Virus record (IMG/VR): IMGVR_UViG_3300034166_000560
Strand: one strand, 5' to 3'
Source of the DNA: a virus
Length of the DNA stretch: 64,000 nt
Shown: one piece after another, positions 62,802-64,000 of the stretch
How the letters are laid out: each line of letters opens with the position of its first letter
How positions within the stretch are numbered: position 1 is the stretch's first letter
Position numbers and translations under genes: made by a program
The notes under the pieces: model-generated
What the model was told of the DNA's origin: nothing
Seen by the model: only the letters and a program-made list of their open reading frames with translations
Databases searched by the model: none

Positions 62802-64000
62802 TAGAAGAATGACTCCAATGAAGCAGCAGCGTCTTTACCGTATGGATCTTTCATATTATGAGCATGAAGATATTCATACCATTCTTTGTCATCCCACATT
62901 CCAGGAGAGACGCCATTCCATAGTGGACGCTGAAGTGGATGAGCCTTATTCATACGACGTTCTTCGACATATTGTTTACGTAACGCTTCATACTCATAAG
63001 ACTTTAGTTCTAGCATCTTCTCACGGAAGTAACAAATTACTGAGATTCTTTCACAAGTAGAATCATCCGGATTGTTAAGAACAATAGGAGTATTACCATG
63101 AATGATTTCGTGGTTGTTAACAAGGAGCAAATCACCGGGACGAACATTAACAGCAACACGATACTCAGGAAATACGAGATAGCCACCAGTATATTCTCCT
63201 GTGCCTAGAACGAGTAGATTAGAAAGACCAGCATCAAGATCACCAGCGTCTCGATGACAGGCAGTGCGGAAAGTTTTATTAACTGTAATTGTGGTAAATA
63301 CAGTTTCTGGTACAAGGAACCGAGGATCTAACTTATCTGCAGCTGCTCGCTGATTACCCCAACGCCAAGGTAGTAATTCCTTGAAACCCTTATTCAGTGA
63401 TTGGAGGAATGGGTATGCCAGTTCGAAAAGTTCTGGATGCTTTTCAGTGTATGACGTTGCACGCCCGTAAGGAATGCGAGGGTAACGATCGTACCAACCA
63501 GCAACACCTGAGAATACGGATTGTGCGTAATTAGTGGCAGAAGCCCACTTTTCTGCGACCATTCTTGCTTCGGCATGAATTTCCTCCTGTGGTTTATTAC
63601 TTAGGCCATCCACCCATTTATCAAACCAATCATGATATTCTGGATAAACCTTTGTTACCTCTGAACGCAACCAAACAACACCACGTGTTTCTTCAGCACC
63701 TTTTGGACCACCGTTTTTATATTTTTCTCTGATGGATTCGATTGATGTATCATCAATAAGAGATGCACCATCATTCATAAGGAACTCTAGTATCTCCATC
63801 TGATATGGAGTAACCCAATCTCTACCACCACGGCTTTGCGCTGCAAGCATTTCACCACGAGGACCAGCAGCATGGCCACGATTCTGGCTTTCAGTCGCAG
63901 CTTCTCTCAAGCCACGATAAGCCATATCCTGTTCTTCTTGACTGAAATAGTTTTTACGAAACTTGAAAGCAATACGCAATTCGTCATTGCCCTTTTCACA
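62801..64000 (-). CDS. TET/JBP-family 2OG-Fe(II) dioxygenase (5' end outside window)
   Basis: FTTITVN, TACHRDAGD (HxD), GGYLVFPEY, PGDLLL..HEIIHGNT, RISVICYFRE; frame stays open to the window end. Confidence 0.82.
   Translation of the reverse strand, partial: CEKGNDELRIAFKFRKNYFSQEEQDMAYRGLREAATESQNRGHAAGPRGEMLAAQSRGGRDWVTPYQMEILEFLMNDGASLIDDTSIESIREKYKNGGPKGAEETRGVVWLRSEVTKVYPEYHDWFDKWVDGLSNKPQEEIHAEARMVAEKWASATNYAQSVFSGVAGWYDRYPRIPYGRATSYTEKHPELFELAYPFLQSLNKGFKELLPWRWGNQRAAADKLDPRFLVPETVFTTITVNKTFRTACHRDAGDLDAGLSNLLVLGTGEYTGGYLVFPEYRVAVNVRPGDLLLVNNHEIIHGNTPIVLNNPDDSTCERISVICYFREKMLELKSYEYEALRKQYVEERRMNKAHPLQRPLWNGVSPGMWDDKEWYEYLHAHNMKDPYGKDAAASLESFF

Overview
This is a 64-kb segment of a large, AT-rich T4-like myophage genome. 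It carries the core genes uvsX, gp41, gp61, rnh, gp45/44/62 and regA, T4-type TATAAATA late promoters, thyX and class II nrdJ. Genes run on the + strand to about 42.5 kb and on the - strand after that. The host is probably an alphaproteobacterium, inferred from a tRNA-His with no G-1 and A73, a PlcP/Agt-like gene pair and rhizobial-style secreted proteins. Contents: replication genes; a block of probable capsid-packaged proteins with T4 IP-like N-terminal targeting sequences; a heptose/O-methyl-sugar cluster; a phoH-plcP-agt-like lipid-remodelling module; 27 tRNA genes covering all 20 amino acids plus one atypical tRNA-like RNA; several promoter-proximal structured RNAs; and a TET/JBP-centred DNA hypermodification cluster. 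The strongest candidate for an undescribed system is at 43449-45646 (- strand). A DUF2828/vWA gene (Ro60/TROVE-like by inference) is immediately preceded by a tandem array of seven RNA modules. All seven share a covarying 7-bp terminal stem followed by an NTWCMGCA motif, but each carries different cargo: isolated anticodon stem-loops (Ile GAU, Thr UGU, possibly Ser UGA), a circularly permuted YrlA-like tRNA body, a T-arm module, or a 203-nt multi-hairpin RNA. All family assignments come from recognising motifs by eye; no database searches were run.
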